Notes under the pieces: generated by a model | What the model was told of the DNA's origin: nothing | The model's database searches: none | Seen by the model: the letters and a program-made list of their open reading frames with translations, nothing else | Program-made: the position numbers and the translations under genes | Shown here: positions 42,591 through 55,369 of the stretch, one piece after another | How positions within the stretch are numbered: position 1 is the stretch's first letter | Layout of the letters: each line of letters starts with the position of its first letter | Assembly (NCBI GenBank): GCA_964016885.1 | Contig: OZ024755.1 | Location: 35,960,001-36,024,000 of the forward strand | DNA: 64,000 nt | From: Eledone cirrhosa | Taxonomy: Eukaryota | Direction of reading: 5' to 3'

Positions 42591-44965
42591 GGTATAAGAA
42601 AAGACACTGTAGAAGAGGTAAGGGAAAGACAATATAGGACAGGTAAGAGAAAGACACTATAGGACAGGTAAGAGAAAGACAATAGGATAGGTAGGAAAAA
42701 GACAATATAGGACAGGTAAGGGAAAGACAATATAGAATATGTAAGAGAAAGGCACTATAGGATAGGTAAGAGAGAGACACTATAGGACAGCTATGAGAAA
42801 GACACTATAGGTGAGAGAAAGACACTATAGGTAAGAGAAAAACACTATAGGACAGGTAAGAGAAAAACACTATAGGACAGGTAGAAGAAAGACACTATAG
42901 GTAGGAGAAAGACACTGTAAGACAGGTAGGAAAAGACACTATAGAACAGGTAGGAGAAAGACACTATAGGACAGGTAGGAGAAAGACACTATAGGACAGG
43001 TCGGAGAAAGACAATATAGGGCAGGTAAGAGAAAGACACTATAGGACAGGTAAGAGAAAGACACTATAGGACAGGTAGGAGAAAGGCACTATAGGTAAGA
43101 GAAAGACACTATAGGACAGGTAAGAGAAAGACACTATAGGACAGGTAGGAGAAAGACACTATAGGACAGGTAAGAGAAAGACACTATAGGACAGGTAGGA
43201 GAAAGGCACTATAGGTAAGAGAAAGACATTATAGGACAGGTAAGAGAAAGAAACAATAGGACAGGTAGGAGAAAGACGATATAGGACAGGTAGGAGAAAG
43301 ACAATATAGGACAGGTAAGAGAAAGACACTATAGGACAGATAGGAGAAAGACACTATAGTTCAGGTCAGAGAAAGGCACTATAGGACAGGTAGGAGAAAG
43401 GCACTATAGGTAAGAGAAAGACACTATAGGACAGGTAAGAGAAAGACACTATAGGATAGGTAGGAGAAAGACAATATAAGACAGGTAAGAGAAAGACACT
43501 ATAGGACAGGTAAGAGAAAGACACTATAGGACAGGTAAGAGAAAGACACTATAGGACAGGTAGGAGAAAGACACTATAGAACAGGTAAGAGAAAGACACT
43601 ATAGAACAGGTAGGAGAAAGACACTATAGGACAGGTAGGAGAAAAACACTATAGGACAGATAGGAGAAAGACACTATAGGACAGATAGGAGAAAGACCCT
43701 ATAGGACAGGTAGGAGAAAGGCACTATAGGACAGATAGGAGAAAGACACTATAGGACAGATAGGAGAAAGACCCTATAGGACAGGTAAAATAAAGACACT
43801 ATAGGACAGGTAAGAGAAAGACACTATAGGATAGGTAGGAGAAAGACACTATAGGACAGGTAAGAGAAAGACACTATAGGACAGGTAGGAGAAAGACACT
43901 ATAGGACAGGTAAGAGAAAGACACTATAGGACAGGTAGGAGAAAGACACTATAGAACAGGTAAGAGAAAGACACTATAGGACATGTAGGAGAAAGACACT
44001 ATAGGACATGTAGGAGAAAGATACTATAGGACAGATAGGAGAAAGACACTATAGGACAGATAGGAGAAAGACCCTATAGGACAGGTAGGAGAAAGGCACT
44101 ATAGGACAGATAGGAGAAAGACACTATAGGACAGATAGGAGAAAGACCCTATAGGACAGGTAAAATAAAGACACTATAGGACAGGTAAGAGAAAGACACT
44201 ATAGGATAGGTAGGAGAAAGACACTATAGGACAGGTAAGAGAAAGACACTATAGGACAGGTAGGAGAAAGACACTATAGGACAGGTAAGAGAAAGACACT
44301 ATAGAACAGATAAGAGAAAGACACTATAGGACAGATAGGAGAAAGACAATATAGGACAGGTAAGAGAAAGACACTATAGGACATGTAGGAGAAAGACACT
44401 ATAGGACAGATAGGAGAAAGACACTATAGGACAGATAGGAGAAAGACACTATAGGACAGATAGGAGAAAGACACTATAGGCCAGGTAAGAGAAAGACACT
44501 ATAGGACAGGTATGAGATAGACACTATAGGTAAGAGAAAGACACTATAGGACAGGTAAGAGAAAGACACTATAGATAAGAGAAAGACACTATAGGACAGG
44601 TAAAAGAAAGACACTATAGGTAAGAGAAAGACACAATAGGACAGGTAAGAGAAAGACACTATAGGACAGGTAAGAGAAAGACACTATAGGACAGGTAAGA
44701 GAAAGACACTATAGGACAGGTAAGAGAAAGACACTATAGGTAAGAGAAAGACAGAATAGGACAGGTAAGAGAAAGACACTATAGGACAGGAAAGAGAAAG
44801 ACACTATAGGTAAGAGAAAGACACTATAGGACAGGTAAGAGAAAGACACTATAGGACAGGTAAGAGAAAGACACTATAGGACAGGTAAGAGAGAGACACT
44901 ATAGGTAAGAGAAAGACACTATAGGACAGGTAGGAGAAAGGCACTATAGGTGGGAGAAAGACAAT
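42590..44965. repeat. Minisatellite, 25-bp unit ATAGGACAGGTAAGAGAAAGACACT (20-bp deletion variant)
   Basis: About 95 units, directly visible. Confidence 0.97.
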
Positions 44966-45261
44966 TGTAAAACAATATTTTCTAAACACAGGTGATAGTT
45001 CAACAGTTGATTTATTTTTAAATATAATAAATATGTATTCCATAACTATTTGTTTTGTGAAATATATTGATGTTATGAAACATTCTAAGATTATTTGGGG
45101 TTAAACACGGTACGATGCAAATTATCAATATTCATAGTATGTAAATGATCTTGCCAAATTTGCATAAAAGTTGAAGTTTTCTACTCTCCAAATTCTGCAG
45201 CGAAGCTCTTTCATTATAATCTTTTCCAGAATGAATAAATAAATAGATAAATAGATAAATA

Positions 45262-46090
45262 AATGTATGTATGTGTGTATGTATGTGTGCATGTATGTGT
45301 GCATGTGTATGACTGTATGTATGTGTGTACATATGTGTGCATGTATGTAACTGTGTATGTATGTACGTACCTAACTTTATGTATGTAACTGTATATATGT
45401 ATGGATGTAGTTATGTATATGTAAGTATGTATGTAACTGTATGTATGTCTGTATGTATATATGTATGTACGTATGTATGTATGTAACTGTACGTATGTAT
45501 GTAACTATTAGTATGTATGTATCTATATGTATGTATGTAACTATATGTATATATGTTAGTATGCAACTTTATGTATGTATGTAACTATATGTATATATGT
45601 ATGCAACTATATGTATATATGTATGTATGTATGTAACTATATGTATATATGTATGTATGTATGTAACTATATGTATATATGTATGTAACTATATGTATGT
45701 ATGTAACTATATGTATATATGTATGTAAACTATATGTATATATGTATGTATGTAACTTTATGTATGTATGTTTATAACTATATATATGTATGTAACTATA
45801 TGTATGTATGTATGTATGTAACTATATGTATATATGTATGTAACTATATGTATGTATGTATGTAACTATATGTATATATTTATGTATGTTTGTTTATAAC
45901 TATATGTATGTATGTAACTATATGTATGTATGTATGTATGTAACTATATGTATATATGTATGTATGTAACTTTTTGTATGTATGTTTGTAACTTTATGTA
46001 TGTATGTATGTAACTATATGTATGTATGTATGTATATATGTATGTATATAACTATATGTATGTATGTAACTATATGTATGTAACTATAAT
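45262..46090. repeat. (TATG)n and TATGTAACTA low-complexity repeat
   Basis: Directly visible. Confidence 0.92.
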
Positions 46091-46353
46091 GTATTCTCTC
46101 TTAGTCCTGTTTACTCTGCCTGTTTTACTGTTTGACCACAGTTCAGCAACTGGTATAATTATGCAATTATTCCATATTTACATATTTCTGCTTGTGATTT
46201 ACCCCTGTTCCAATGGTTTGGTTGTTCAGTCAGTTAAAGTTTTTATTCTAAATTCATTTGTTTATTTCGTGGACAGTCTTAGATTTGGCACTAAGCATTC
46301 TATTGTGATAAAACACAATACTGCCTTAGAAGTGTGTGAAACTGTTGTAGCAA

Positions 46354-46871
46354 GCAGTAGTGCTACTTTATCATGGCGGAGTAATTTGGTTGTGCTTGGT
46401 CAGTTGCCAGTCCTTAGGGTTGGTGGTGTAGGAATACTAAGAACGACTTCTGCACAGCAATAGTGCTACTTTATCACGGCGGAGTAATTTGGTCGTGCTT
46501 GGTCAGTTGCGAGTCCTTAGGGTTGGTGGCGTAGGAATACTAAGAACGACTTCTGCCCAGCAATAGTGCTACTTTATCACGGCGGAGTAATTTGGTCGTG
46601 CTTGGTCAGTTGGCAGTCCTTAGGGTTGGTGGTGTAGGAATACTAAGAACGACTTCCGGCCAGCAATAGTGCTACTTTATCACGGCGGAGTAATTTGGTC
46701 GTGCTTGGTCAGTTGCGAGTACTTAGGGTTGGTGGCGTAGGAATACTAAGAACGACTTCTGCCCAGCAATAGTGCTACTTTATCACGGTGGAGTAATTTG
46801 GTTGTGCTTGGTCAGTTGCCAGTCCTTAGGGTTGGTGGCGTAGGAATACTAAGAACGACTTCTGCCCAGCA
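46354..46871. repeat. 103-bp tandem repeat x5; monomer homolog at 58036-58142
   Basis: Units start at 46355, 46458, 46561, 46664 and 46767. Confidence 0.92.
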
Positions 46872-46899
46872 TCAATTTCACGCCTAATTAAAATATATG

Positions 46900-47270
46900 A
46901 TTGTTTCTACTTTTGGCACAAGGCCAGCAATTACCCAGTACATTACTGGTACTTTATTTTATCGACCTCGTAAGGATGAAAGGCAAAGTTAACCTCGGCG
47001 GGATTTGAACTCAGACCATAAAGGGACGTAACTCTATGCTTCAAAGCATGGCGTCCGACCCTCTACCGATACTGCCAATCCACAATAATAATTTCTACTT
47101 TTGGCACAAGGCCAGCAATTACCCAGTACATTACTGGTACTTTATTTTATCGACCCCGTAAGGATGAAAGACAAGGTTGACCTCGGCGGGATTTGAACTC
47201 AGAATGGAAAGGGCCGTAACTATGCGTCAAAGCATGGCGTCCGACCCTCTACCGATACTGCCAATACAAT
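46900..47270 (-). mobile_element. Two head-to-tail SINE family B copies
   Basis: Reverse complement of the family B consensus, twice. Confidence 0.85.
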
Positions 47271-47929
47271 AATAATGATACTCGATTTGTTTGTGAGCAA
47301 TTTCTGTTTCTTTTTTCAACGAGCGTGAAACTAATAAGACTGTAATTGTATGTTATAGAGACAAACAACAGATCTGTTTCAAATCCCTCTTACACAATAA
47401 CTAAACATGCACCCAAATACCACTTTCAATGCTACATACTTGAAATACAGCACATAATTAAAATGCAATCTAAATCACACACACACACACTTTGAAAACA
47501 TACACTTTCACGTACACACACACATGCAGTGACAGAGACAAACAAACATACAACTGCACAACACCATACTATACATATCCGCTCTCCGCAACTCTGCTAT
47601 GCCACATCACACTCAACACACAGGCACTCGTCAGACTTCACACACAAACACCATACAATCTACTGTTTGCCAGAAAATTCCTTTATCATTTGTTAAGAGA
47701 GGCAGGAGCTCACTAAACCTTCTCCATCCTCCACTTATTCTCGCTGTTATGATTTCAAAACAACCACCTTCACTACTCTAAATTAAGACACTTAGGTAAC
47801 AGATGCGACCAACTTCTGCAGTACATCCCTATGGTTGCAACTCCTTTGTTTCACTTGGCACTCATAAATAACTATCCCTGAGCATCAGATACAGTCTAAA
47901 TTGTCAGTCAGCATACTAACTATCCCACT

Positions 47930-48562
47930 ATACACACACACATACACACAAACACACTCACAAGCATGTACACAAACCCGCACAGACACACCCACACACA
48001 AACCCGCACAGACGCACCCACACACAACCATGCACACAAACCCGCACAGACGCACCCACACACACAGGCATGCAAACACACACAAACCCGCACAGGCGCA
48101 CCCACACACACACAAACCCGCACAGACGCACCCACACACACAAGCATGCACACAAACACACAAACCCACACAGATGCACCCTCACACACAAACCCGCACA
48201 GACGCACCCACACACACAAGAATGCACACAAACCCGCACAGGCGCACCCACACAAACACAAACAAACCCGCACAGACGCACCCACACACACACAAGCATG
48301 CACACAAACACAAACAAACCCGCACAGACGCACCCTCGCACACAAACACACAGAAACCTGCACAGACGCACCCTTACAAGCATGCACAGAAACCCGCACA
48401 GACGCACCTTCACACACAAGCATGCACACAAACACAAACAAACCCGCCCAGGCGCACCCACACACACAAACCCGCACATACGCACCCTAACACACAAGTA
48501 TGCACACAAGCATGCACAGACGTACCCTCACACACAAGCATGCACACAAACGCCCCCACACA
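47930..48562. repeat. CA-rich minisatellite (AAACCCGCACAGACGCACCCACACAC)
   Basis: Directly visible. Confidence 0.92.
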
Positions 48563-48649
48563 GACAAGATTACTTCAAGGTTACAGCCACATCATCAGCC
48601 GCTAAGTTAAGTGATGAAAAATAAATATCTAAAGGTGTCTTTAAAAGAA

Positions 48650-48990
48650 ATAATTGTTTCTACTTGTTGGCACAAGGCCAGCAATTACCCCAGTGTATTA
48701 CTAGTGTTTTATTTTATCAACCCTGTAAGGATGAAAGGCAAAGCTAACCTTGGCAGGATTTGAACCCAGACCGTAAAGGGCCACAACTCTATGCTGTAAA
48801 GCATGGCGCCTGACGCTCTACCGATACTGCCAATCCACTGCCAGATTAATAATTGTTTCTACATATCACACAAGGCCAGCAATTATCCCAGTGTATTACT
48901 GGTACTTGATTTTATCGACCCCGTAAGGATGAAAGGCAAAATTAACCTCAGCAGGATTTGAACTCAGACCGTAAAGGGACAGAACTCTAT
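48650..48990 (-). mobile_element. Two head-to-tail SINE family B copies (one truncated)
   Basis: Family B consensus. Confidence 0.8.
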
Positions 48991-49167
48991 GATTAATGCT
49001 AATATAACAGAAACAATACCCATATTGTCCTCACATGACATGTCTCATAATGTGACACCCCATCTAACTAATGCATGGAAAATGGATGTTAAATGATGAT
49101 GGTGGTGGTGGTGGTGGTGTTGGTGGTGTGTGTGTGTACATATATATGTATGTACACATGTTTGTGT

Positions 49168-49502
49168 GAAGGTGCATGGTTTAGTAATTAGAGAATTGGT
49201 TTGACAATTGTGAGGTTGTGAGTTCAAATGCCAGGCATTGCATTGTGTCCTTGAGCAAGACACTTTATTTTCACGTTGCTCCAGTTAACTCAGCTGTAGA
49301 AATTGGTTGCAAAATCACAGTGCCAATCTGTGTAGGCCTTTGTCTTTCTTTCTCTTGGACAACATTGGTGCCATAGCAGAGGGAGATTGGTATGCATGAG
49401 CAACAGCTGGTCCTCCACAAAAGACACTTTGCTCAGGCATGTGCCTCGGAGGGGAACATTCTAAGTGCAAATCCCATGTTCATTTGTGACCGATCGGGGT
49501 CT
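49168..49502 (+). mobile_element. tRNA-derived SINE with Nin-like segment and a distinct 3' tail
   Basis: GGTGCATGGTTTAGT, GAGTTCAAATGCC, TTGAGCAAGACACTTTATTTTCACGTTGCTCCAG. Confidence 0.7.
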
Positions 49503-49614
49503 TTATATGTGCGTGTGTGTATAACACACTCACACACATACACATACATATATATACACATAAATAGATATATGTGGAAGATGGATGTTAAATGATGATG
49601 ATGATATATCAAGT

Positions 49615-49830
49615 GATGAAAGTGACAGAAAGAGTTCTAGCTCATTAGGCTAATTAGGGAAAGAGTAAAGTTATAGGAGATACAGTTCAGTTCAGTTTTG
49701 TGCCAGGGTGGAGGACTGCAGATGCTCTCTTCATAGTGAGACAACTACAACAGAAGTCCGTAGACAAGAGTAAGCGGCAATATTTAGATTTTGTTGATTT
49801 AGAAAAGGTCTTTGACAGAGTACCTTGATT
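49615..49830 (+). pseudogene. RTE LINE reverse transcriptase fragment (early RT motifs)
   Basis: QFSFVPGWRTADALFIVRQLQQK..DKSKRQYLDFVDLEKVFDRVP. Confidence 0.85.
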
Positions 49831-50539
49831 TGTCACCTGGTGATCTGATCCAACTGCTTGCAACAGAGTAGACTTTACAAAACAGGCAGCCAATATTGAG
49901 GTGGTGATGTTAAATCAAGCCAACAGATTAGCTAAGTCTCATAAACTTCTATTTTTCTCTAACTTAAATCAGAAGTTTCAGATCTACCATCGATATGGAT
50001 CAGTTGGAAAGTGAAACTTAGTGCTACGAAATCAGCTTTCACAACCTCTGCCCAGGTCTTGCTTAGTCTTTTTCTAATGCAGTTGACATCTACTGGCACT
50101 TTTTCACTAAGTAACTATCATCCACACACATCACATGTCTATACCAGCACAGTCTTCTCTCTTACACACAACATCTCATTCCTCATACACCCATTTCTTC
50201 TCTCAGATCACTTGTGCTTCATCGTTTATGCATAGTAACATTACACACCCAACAGAGCATGCTTGCTTTCTTTCTCTACACTTATTGCCTATATTCTGCA
50301 GTTACGGCGCATGTCTCACTGTCACGCAATAATGCACTTCATATGACTCTGGTGCAAGATGCATCAGTGGCATTCAATCATAACAAACTTACATAAACAC
50401 AACTGTGTTCACACACACACACACAAACTCATGAGCCTACATTCAAAGATGCGAACACACATATACATACATATACATACATAAAAGCGAACAGGAAGAT
50501 ATATGCACACACATATCACACAAGCTCATATTCTCACAC

Positions 50540-50570
<31 letters not shown>

Positions 50571-50769
50571 TAAATATTTATAAACGAAATAAGCCAATAT
50601 ATAAACACACTCATATACAAACACACATACGTATATAGATGTATTTGTTGAAAAGGCTGTGATGTATAATCACTAAAAAATGGATGTCTCTGGAGAGAGG
50701 GGCGGTGTGGGAGTGGGGAGAGATTAAAACATATAATACATATACATGCACACACACACACACACACAC

Positions 50770-50815
<46 letters not shown>

Positions 50816-51355
50816 GAAAAATGGCGAGGTGTGTTGTTGCAAATAGGATATATATAATAAATGAAGAATTAGAAATAAAAGCCAGGAATATCCGTCATCA
50901 GTGGTCTACTAGCCATCATAGGTATTTCTTCGCATTACAGACCATATACCTCCAGCTAGGGCGATACAATAACTAAATTAAGTTATTGGGATAAAAAGAG
51001 TTGGGTGTAGAAAGAGAGACAGGTGGACAAACACGAATGGTGAGGCAATGTAAAGAGAGGAAAAAAATCAAGTCAATAATTCATTTTGAATATAAGAACT
51101 TGCGAATATTGACGAGGAGGCAAAGACACATCTTGGCCGTGCGGATGTAAGCGAGGAAATAATCTCGTATGGTGTGGGATGATGGAGGAAGTGAGAAAGA
51201 GGGTGAGTAGCAGAGAGTGAGGGAGTGAGTGAGGGTGACTAGCAGAGGGTGACTAGTAAGAGGGAGAAGGAGAGAGAAAGAGGTTAGCAGTAAGGGAAGA
51301 GAAAAAGACAGGTCACAGCCAAGGGGAAAGAATATAGGAATGAAAAATGGCTTTT
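50816..51355 (-). mobile_element. Dispersed (TA)n-embedded element, homolog of 22910-23430
   Basis: Shared conserved blocks with the 22.9-kb copy; CUGAUGA on the minus strand near 50898. Confidence 0.55.
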
Positions 51356-51374
51356 ATATATATATATATGTGTG

Positions 51375-51702
51375 AATGAAGTAATTCCGTCGGAAAAGAC
51401 CAGGAAAAAAGAGTGCTCTATGTAGGTAACAGAGCTTAATAGTTATGTAATAAACAACATAAGGCAATTATTCCATTTACCAGTGGTTTCTTAAAAGCAA
51501 AGAATTTTTTTTTATTTTATTTTTCCTTTCCTTCTTCCTTGTCCAGCCTCACTTTCATATAGATTGCATTTTTGTTTTTAAAATCCAAATTCAATAAACA
51601 GACCAGGATTTTTTCATTCTGATGATTGAAAGCAAAATTTGTTTGCTTTCAAGAAACCACTGGTAAATGGAATAATTGCCTTATGTTGTTTATTACATAA
51701 CT
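51375..51702. mobile_element. Fold-back PLE terminus (arms about 51441-51508 and 51634-51702) between (TA)n tracts
   Basis: About 65-bp inverted repeat overlapping a hammerhead. Confidence 0.75.
51613..51671 (+). ncRNA. Hammerhead ribozyme with intact core
   Basis: ttcatt-CUGAUGA-ttgaaagcaaa/tttgctttcaa-GAAA-cca c tgg-UA-aatgga; perfect 11-bp stem II and a GUA site. Confidence 0.8.
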
Positions 51703-51807
51703 ATATATATATATAACTATATATATATACATAACTATATATATATATATGTATGTATATATATATATATATATATTTGTATATGTATGTATATATATGT
51801 GTATGTG

Positions 51808-51845
<38 letters not shown>

Positions 51846-51956
51846 AATATGTATATATATATATATAAATATGTATATATATATATAAATATATGTATAT
51901 ATATATATACACACACACATACACATATAGATACATACATATACAAATATATATAT

Positions 51957-51984
<28 letters not shown>

Positions 51985-51987
<3 letters not shown>

Positions 51988-52168
51988 GGAACGAGTAGGA
52001 CCCCGACGGCTGAGCTCAAGCCGTTTCGACGGCTAGTTTTGGACGTCGAAACGGCTTGAGCTCAGCCATCGGGGTCCTACTCATTCCTATTACCCACTCT
52101 ACTACCCTAAGTATTGAGTACTTTGGTGCGTTATGGTCCACCTGGTTCCTTACCACATTTCCTTCATT
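51985..52168 (+). mobile_element. Snap-back hairpin element, copy 2
   Basis: Inverted arms spanning 51985-52090 plus the conserved tail; inside (TA)n. Confidence 0.75.
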
Positions 52169-52564
52169 ATATATATATATACATATATATGATGCCTATT
52201 CACAAACGTTTGGAACTGATATTTTGAAAAAAATTATCTACAAGAAACAAAATAAGAATAAGATTTAACAATGTAATTTTAATTTGATATATTACAAAAA
52301 ATGATGTTTTCCAATTTTTCATGCATTACATTTTACATTGAGTAATATTGAAATGCAGAGTTTTACTCCATAAATTATATCACTGATTTAAAATCAATCA
52401 TCATTTTCTTACCAAAAAAAATGTGAAACGCAGCAAGGCGTGGGTAATTTGTCTAGTATATATATATAAATTAATAAATATATATACATATATAAGTATA
52501 TATATATATATATATATATAAATGCATATATGTGTGTGTGTTTGTATATATATGAATGTATGCA

Positions 52565-52608
<44 letters not shown>

Positions 52609-52611
<3 letters not shown>

Positions 52612-53493
52612 GGTGCGGACGATATTTGTTCGCAATTTTCAACTGATAATTTTATGCAAATTTTTACTTCCATTGTCACTCTTGTCTTCATAAAAACAGT
52701 GACTATATTTCCATTATTTATTTTCAGAATAATTGATTATGAATAATTTTGAACCTCCAAATTTGTGGAAGAGACACGGAGTTCTTCTTGGAATCCGCAC
52801 CGGGAGGACAAATAGGACCAGAAGATCAACTCCCAGAACAACAGGTGGCTCGCTGTCTCATCCAAAGACGTGCCCAGAGTCATGCAGACAAAGTTTACAG
52901 CAACAACATTGGTCTTAGGTGTTGTCAGCAGTGAAGGTGACGTCATGCCACCTCACTTCTTCCCTGAGGGCCTCAAGCTGAACACCGATGGCTACATCCG
53001 CGTTCTGAGCAAGGTAGTAAAGCCCTGGATCAACTAGGTAGCTGCAGGTAGGCCGTACGTGTGGCAGCAAGACTCAGCACTCTGCCATACCAGCCGAAAG
53101 ACTCAAGCCTGGCTGTCAGAGAACTTCGTCAACCACACTTCACCTGACATCTGGCCTCCCAGCTCGCCTGACTGCAATCCCCTCGACTTCTTTGTGTGGG
53201 GTGCAGTGGAACGAGACACCAACAGATCTAGCTGCAATACGAAAGACGATCTGAAGGCCAGGATCACAAGTGCCTTTAGGGGCCTAAGTCGGGGGACAGT
53301 GACGAAGGCCTGTAGCCGGTTCCGAGCCCGCCTTGAGGCCGTCATCAAAGCCAATGACGGGTTTATCGAATTAGATCGAAGGAACAAGTTATGAAGCCAA
53401 ACTGACCCAAGTTTGATAAATATATCTTAAAAAATAAAACTACTGTGTTATTTTTCCTAGACAGTAATCTTGCGAACAAATATCATCCGCACC

Positions 53494-53496
<3 letters not shown>
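52609..53496 (+). mobile_element. Tc1/mariner DD37D (maT-type) transposon, internally deleted, inserted in (TA)n
   Basis: TIRs CAGGGTGCGGACGATATTTGTTCGCAA and TTGCGAACAAATATCATCCGCACCCTG with TA flanks. Confidence 0.92.
52860..53394 (+). pseudogene. DD37D transposase catalytic-domain remnant
   Basis: VLGVVSSEGDVMPPHFF...KPWIN*...WQQDSALCH...WPPSSPDCNPLDFFVWG. There are 37 residues between the second and third Asp, an in-frame TAG, and no N-terminal part. Confidence 0.9.
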
Positions 53497-53564
<68 letters not shown>

Positions 53565-53701
53565 GAGGTTATATTTAATATGTTGGGATTCAACAAGCTT
53601 AAACATTGTTATAACTGATATAAAGCACTCAACAGGAGCTCCAACCATTAAGGTTGTCTTTTTTTCCGGGTATGTCAATATTTATTTATAAAACAAATCT
53701 G

Positions 53702-53767
53702 TATTTTATCTGATGAAAGCGCACCATAATTTGCCTTGGTTGCCCTTGAAATGTGTATAATAAAATA
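53702..53767 (+). ncRNA. Minimal hammerhead ribozyme in a PLE-like terminus
   Basis: tattttat-CUGAUGA-aagcgcacca/tggttgccctt-GAAA-ugugua-UA-ataaaata; perfect 8-bp stem I. Confidence 0.7.
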
Positions 53768-53874
53768 AATATGGTTTTATAAACATAGTTTCCATTTATT
53801 AATATATTGTCATATATATGTATATATATTTATTAATTTATATATATATACTAGCCAAATTATATATATATGGA

Positions 53875-53906
<32 letters not shown>

Positions 53907-54111
53907 CATTATTGTGTATAAGCCATTAGTGTGTGTATATATATATATATATTGTGTATGCCATTGTTTTAGAATAGTCAGACAGTATCCAGTGTCCGCG
54001 CATATCTAAGAGGCAACTAAGGTGGTTGGCAGCCGACTGTAAAAAAACTGCCTCAGAAAGCTATGTCGGACACAGGCTAGCATGAAAAGTAGACATAAAA
54101 GTGATGACGAT

Positions 54112-54126
54112 GATGTGTGTGTGTGG

Positions 54127-54158
<32 letters not shown>

Positions 54159-54245
54159 TTGTGAGTGTGTGTGTGGTTATGATTGTGTGGTTGTGTGAGT
54201 GTGATTGTGTGTGTGGTTGTGTGGTTGTGTGTGTGTGGGTGTGGG

Positions 54246-54288
<43 letters not shown>

Positions 54289-54505
54289 TTGTGAGTGTGT
54301 GTGTGGTTATGATTGTGTGTGTGTGTGTGGTTGTGTGAGTGTGATTGTGTGTGTGGTTGTGTGGTTGTGTGTGTGTGGGTGGGTGTGTGTGTGTGTGGTT
54401 GTGTGGTTGTGTGTGTGGTTGTGGTTGTGTGTGTGAGTGTGTGTGTGAGTGCGTGTGTGGTTGTGTGTGAGTGTGATTGTGTGTGTGTGTGTGGTTTTGT
54501 GTTTG
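54112..54505. repeat. (TG)n-rich repeat
   Basis: Directly visible. Confidence 0.92.
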
Positions 54506-54610
54506 TGACTATTCACCCCACCCGCTACTGTTAAGCTACATTTACTCATTTAACCATACAATATATAGCAGGTGTTCACATCAAGAGTAGATGGTATAGA
54601 AATATATATA

Positions 54611-55053
54611 TTTGGCGGTACTCAGTAACAGAGAAGACCCGCCTTACCTAAATATATAGTAAAACCTACTCCAGCCAGTAGGCATCTCTAACAAAATACA
54701 CCCCGTCCCACCACCCCCACCCCCACCCGATCCACACCACCCCGTTCTATGTAAAGTTATGTTGGTGCCGCGCCTTCGAGGCCGAAACAAATGAGATCGT
54801 GTAGGTGTCACGACAAAAAAACACACAGTCCACGCTGTAATGTGGCCGTGTAGGCAACACGGTAAAAACCTCCCAGACCCACACTGTAAATGTGGTTGGT
54901 GTTAGGAAGGGCATCCAACTGTAGAAAACCTGCCAGACAGTCCTATGCGAGCAAGACAATCACTCTTGCCTCAAGTGGGACTACCCCCGTCCAAACCCAT
55001 GCAAGCGTGGAACACGGACGTTAAACGTTGATGATGATGATGATGATGATGAT
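54611..55053 (+). mobile_element. Meta-domain/RTE-tail SINE-like element with an atypical 5' region (copy 1)
   Basis: Colinear with 57526-57953 from TTTGGCG.TACTCAGTAA to (GAT)n. Confidence 0.75.
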
Positions 55054-55073
55054 ATATATATATATATATATAT

Positions 55074-55271
55074 ATAGGAACGAGTAGGACCCCGATGGCT
55101 GAGCTCAAGCCGTTTCGACGGCTAATTTTTTTTTAGTCCAGAATTAGCCGTCGAAACGGCTTGAGCTCAGCCGTCGGGGTTCTACTCGTTCCTATTACCC
55201 ACTCTACTACCCTAAGTATTGAGTACTTTGGTGCGTTATGGTCCATCTGGTTCCTTACCACATTTCTTTTG

Positions 55272-55272
<1 letters not shown>
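55074..55272 (+). mobile_element. Snap-back hairpin element, copy 3 (best preserved)
   Basis: Inverted arms spanning 55074-55195; the right arm reads GAAA-cggct tgagctc agccg-UC-gggg. Confidence 0.75.
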
Positions 55273-55318
<46 letters not shown>

Positions 55319-55369
55319 TATATACATATGTGTATATATATATATACATTCATATATATATATGTGTTT

